64,000 nt of DNA, taken from IMG/VR virus record IMGVR_UViG_3300042258_000071, positions 96,001 to 160,000 of that record. One strand, given 5' to 3'. The notes beneath the pieces were generated by a model. The model made no database searches. It was not told the DNA's origin and was given only the letters and a program-made list of their open reading frames with translations. This document shows positions 60,826-64,000 of the stretch, piece by piece. Numbering within the stretch: position 1 is the first letter of the stretch; every line of letters begins with the position of its first letter. The stretch is from a virus (Duplodnaviria; Caudoviricetes). The position numbers and the translations under genes are program-made.

Positions 60826-60905
60826 CTTGACAAGTCAATTAAGAAGATCGCGAAATTCATAGAGTATGTCGCTTACCTCTTTGTTATGTAGAATAGGAGA
60901 CTAAG

Positions 60906-61286
60906 ATGTCAAGGATAACTGCCGAATATATGATCATAGAGGTTAGGGCGGAAACCATAAATCCGGGCTCAATCATGCGATTACAGACTTTAATTTCGAC
61001 ACTCTATCGAGAGTCAGCCCAAGAAAATCGAGGACCTGTTGATCTGATTGACATGGCCTATTTTCCATGTACTTGCAACAATGTGGGTACAATATTTATA
61101 AATTCTACCGGTAGTTTTGCCGACTACCATGCCTCAAATTGCCACTCCGTGGCATTGCGCCATATCCGAGAAAATATCGCTTCATTGAGGACTCATGATT
61201 CCCAGGATATATCGTTATCGACAATGATTATCCGACGCCAAGAAGAAAATGGTGGATCCGATTCAGTATCAGTCTTAATCGACTAA
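60906..61286 (+). CDS. Hypothetical protein
   Basis: AGGAG RBS. Confidence 0.65.
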   Translation: MSRITAEYMIIEVRAETINPGSIMRLQTLISTLYRESAQENRGPVDLIDMAYFPCTCNNVGTIFINSTGSFADYHASNCHSVALRHIRENIASLRTHDSQDISLSTMIIRRQEENGGSDSVSVLID

Positions 61287-61639
61287 TTTTTATCGGGCGT
61301 CATCGATCTGATGAGGTTCTACCTATTCCACATGATACCGTCTGGATATGCTTTAATACGTCTCCAGACGGTATCTTACTCTCAAAGAATTTCTCACGTA
61401 TAGTTATCACCTTAAAGATCTTAGCATCACAAAGTGATACCTTAACCGTTCACTATTAGCATATTGTTGACGCTCATTTAGCAGGCGATACTCGACATGA
61501 AACTGAGGAGGCTCTTGATGGATGACACCCTTCACCAATACCTTCTTTACTTTCTAGGGTGTTGCGTTATTTCTTTTTTTGTAAAGACCATGAAATTTGT
61601 ATGTATATATCACTAGTTTGATATTTATATACAGGAGTA

Positions 61640-62173
61640 ATGACAATGACTGATGAAATAACAGACTTTCAATCGGAAACTATTAATTCTTCTACTTACC
61701 TTATTATTGGGTGTGAGTGGGACGGGACCCCGTATATTAAAAAATCTCTTCTTGCATGTTCTCAGGATCTTAAAGATTTATTATTTCATAATAAACTTCT
61801 TTCATCCATCATCAATAATGGCCATCATTGGTATGAAATGTTTGACGTTCTAAATGATCTGGAAATCTCTATATGGGCCATCAGTGGGAATGATCATATC
61901 GTAGATCATAGTCCAATTATCTCGGATTTGTTAATTGAGAAGAGTCGGAATGTTCAACACTTCTGCTATAATCTCAGAGATCTAGTGTACAACTCGTCTC
62001 CATACAGATGCAATGTCATTTATTCAAAAGACGCCCTATGGGACTCTGATAAGAACCTATTAACATTAAAGCTGAAGCTCGAAGGTAAAAATTGTGAATC
62101 TGTTATCATGGAAGGTATCGGAACCCTGGCAGACACACATGGCATAACTGTTGTATATGAAATCATTGACTAG
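61640..62173 (+). CDS. Hypothetical early protein
   Basis: AGGAG RBS; promoter variant TATATCAC-tagtt-TG at 61606. Confidence 0.65.
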   Translation: MTMTDEITDFQSETINSSTYLIIGCEWDGTPYIKKSLLACSQDLKDLLFHNKLLSSIINNGHHWYEMFDVLNDLEISIWAISGNDHIVDHSPIISDLLIEKSRNVQHFCYNLRDLVYNSSPYRCNVIYSKDALWDSDKNLLTLKLKLEGKNCESVIMEGIGTLADTHGITVVYEIID

Positions 62174-62188
62174 AAAGGTAAATTACTT

Positions 62189-62866
62189 ATGACGACAATT
62201 GTGTGGGATGGTCGGTATCTTGTTGCTGATCGACAAGGAACTGCAAGAATCATCAACTGTGATGAACCAACATTTTGTAAAAAATGTGATGCACCACAAA
62301 ACGAGAGGTATGTTCTTACAACAAAAATTGCCTTCTTAGCGGATAAAGGATATACAGTTAAAAATCAAAACATTTTAGCGATCGGATGGTCGGGTCGAGC
62401 AGATCTCTATGAACATATTCAACCCCTACTTAAGACGGGTCGAGATTTTTGGGAAGAACTTCAATATTGTCACGAGCTTGAAGTCCCCTTCACACAGAAA
62501 GCTTCTGGGAAACTTCTACTTGTCTTAGAAACAGATTGTCTCATCTTCGAGTTCAGAGGGGGTGGTTCAGGGGTCGCATGTAACACCTGTTACAAAGATG
62601 TAACATTAAGTATCGGATCCGGATCTGGTATTGTTTATGGGTATGATGCATTAGCTAAAATGTCTGCAATCGATCTCGTTAGCATTGCATCTCATGGAGA
62701 TGATCGAACGGGTAAAGGTTTAAGTGTCATTGATTTTGAATCTGATCCCACTAAGATTGTTGAGATGGACATCTTGTCCAAGGAAGAAATCCAAAATAAA
62801 TGGTTTAAGAAGTCTGCAAAACCCACCCATCTTCCTAAAGAAAAACCCAGTACATCTTCGATTTAA
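62189..62866 (+). CDS. Ntn-hydrolase, HslV/proteasome-beta-like protease
   Basis: N-terminal MTTIV nucleophile, VADRQ, K, IGWSG, SIGSGS, D..TG; CxxC insertion. Confidence 0.72.
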   Translation: MTTIVWDGRYLVADRQGTARIINCDEPTFCKKCDAPQNERYVLTTKIAFLADKGYTVKNQNILAIGWSGRADLYEHIQPLLKTGRDFWEELQYCHELEVPFTQKASGKLLLVLETDCLIFEFRGGGSGVACNTCYKDVTLSIGSGSGIVYGYDALAKMSAIDLVSIASHGDDRTGKGLSVIDFESDPTKIVEMDILSKEEIQNKWFKKSAKPTHLPKEKPSTSSI

Positions 62867-63094
62867 CAGATACTATTTTTACTAAAGAAGCATTACTGGC
62901 ACTCGTTTCTGAAGGTGAATTATCGGAAGCAGTTTCTAAGATAGAAGAGATGGCTAAGAACCCTGAAACTACTGTCACTGTAACTCAATCTTTTGCATTT
63001 GTCTGCTGGGAGAGAATGGGCCGACGCATGTAACGCCAATGCTCTTAAGAATTGGGTTGATGATCTAATGTTTTATTACCCTCAGTATTGAAAT

Positions 63095-63125
63095 AGGAAG
63101 AGTGGGTATATACCCCACTCTTCCT
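63095..63125. terminator. Hairpin terminator
   Basis: AGGAAGAGTGGG-TATATAC-CCCACTCTTCCT then T-rich. Confidence 0.75.
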
Positions 63126-63183
63126 TATTTTAAATTAAATGGATTTTTGATAGTGTGATATTGACATCTTAGGAGACGGTCTC

Positions 63184-63441
63184 ATGGAAATATCTATTTA
63201 TAGCTGGATTCTCATTCTTTTAATTTTAGGGTTATTTTTAGTTTTGTTTGTACCTTTTAATAGCATGTCTCTACTTCATGTGGGTTTTGGGGTTGGTATA
63301 ACTCCTGGTATCATAATCGGAATACTGTGGTCTTTGTGTAAAGTAGTATTCATTATGCGTGTGTCTTTTGCATGTTTCAAATATGTTTTCCTGAAATTTT
63401 TGAAACTTACATTTCCAATTAGATATTCGAGGGTACTATGA
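63184..63441 (+). CDS. Small membrane protein
   Basis: Two or more hydrophobic segments; AGGAG RBS. Confidence 0.55.
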   Translation: MEISIYSWILILLILGLFLVLFVPFNSMSLLHVGFGVGITPGIIIGILWSLCKVVFIMRVSFACFKYVFLKFLKLTFPIRYSRVL

Positions 63442-63818
63442 TAGAACTTGCTAAAGGCGAAAAGATTGTAACGATTTCAGATATACCCGGTAATACACGT
63501 ATATGTGAACATGATAGTTGTGGGTGTTTTAAATTTCGATACGATGGACTTGCTTATACTTGTGTGAAATGTCGTAGGGTGAGACATCTGTCTCCAAATG
63601 AACACATAAGCCCCTACCCAAGACCGGGAATGGAATACTGGGATCAGCTCTGTGATCTTCCCTCTTATTCATTCTTTAACATTAATAATTGCTGTAAACG
63701 AATCCCTGACGATACGGGAAGGTATCTTGAGAAGAGTGATGTTGAAAAACTCCTTGATGATGCCCAAAGCGAGATCAACCATCTTAAGAAGGAATTAGTA
63801 AATCTTAAACACCCCTAA
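63438..63818 (+). CDS. Hypothetical Zn-ribbon protein
   Basis: CEHDSC...CVKC; ATGA overlap. Confidence 0.6.
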   Translation: MIELAKGEKIVTISDIPGNTRICEHDSCGCFKFRYDGLAYTCVKCRRVRHLSPNEHISPYPRPGMEYWDQLCDLPSYSFFNINNCCKRIPDDTGRYLEKSDVEKLLDDAQSEINHLKKELVNLKHP

Positions 63819-63879
63819 TCTTTATGAGTAGTTGAAATACTGCTTGAATTTTGAAGCCTATAACCCAAGGAGCCTCACT

Positions 63880-64000
63880 ATGTCATCCGTAGAAAATGGA
63901 TATAATCTTAAAACTAATCCGGCTGGTTTTGTTAACTATCGTGATCTTAAAGTTGGAGATCGTGTTGAATTAGATGATGGGATGCAGATCATCCCCGGCG
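63880..64000 (+). CDS. Partial ORF running off the window end
   Basis: AAGGAG RBS, MSSVENGYNLKTNPAGFVNYRDLKVGDRVELDDG... Confidence 0.6.
   Translation, partial: MSSVENGYNLKTNPAGFVNYRDLKVGDRVELDDGMQIIPG

Noticed and set aside
589-60860. The many 60-160-aa ORFs nested within or antisense to long genes
   Set aside because: Fully overlapped by well-supported CDSs, with no RBS or recognisable motifs
61308-61315. CTGATGAG as a hammerhead ribozyme core
   Set aside because: No stem II followed by GAAA at a workable distance; the motif is instead paired in the long helix
1421-63125. CRISPR array or REP/MITE elements from the repeated palindromes
   Set aside because: Copies are dispersed singly at gene ends, differ in sequence, and lack regular spacers or target-site duplications
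1-64000. tRNA or rRNA genes
   Set aside because: No cloverleaf with GTTCRA T-loop and acceptor stem noticed in intergenic gaps; tRNAscan-SE would be needed to be certain

Overview
A 64-kb segment of a phiKZ-like jumbo myophage (Chimalliviridae-type), read with the standard genetic code. Core genes recognisable from motifs and gene order include three split RNA polymerase subunits (virion beta'-C, virion beta C-terminal small subunit, non-virion beta-N), an SF2 helicase, a type IIA topoisomerase (GyrB-like and GyrA-like genes), a probable portal, tail sheath and tube, baseplate/virion proteins, a prohead protease and the terminase large subunit. The right-hand ~12 kb is an accessory region (macrodomain-SLOG fusion, NDK, DEDDh exonuclease, HslV-like protease, many small ORFs). 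Elements that the ORF track misses: (1) a ~540-580 nt ORF-free, densely base-paired RNA candidate at 40691-~41270 with its own phage early-type promoter and terminator; (2) an ORF-less group I intron (8658-9020) splitting the TOPRIM motif of the GyrB-like gene; (3) a 150-aa class 3 mini-intein beginning with Glu in the terminase Walker A motif; (4) two tandem gp38-like polyglycine adhesins, one switched off by a G9 tract; (5) a DUF1778/TacA-type antitoxin apparently split into a stand-alone RHH ORF plus a C-terminal tail on the next gene; (6) an active plus a catalytically dead ClpP-like pair beside the prohead protease; (7) a family of near loop-less palindromic terminators and a TATATTAC-N5-TG promoter family. 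phiKZ gp numbers are from recalled motifs and synteny, not from database searches.
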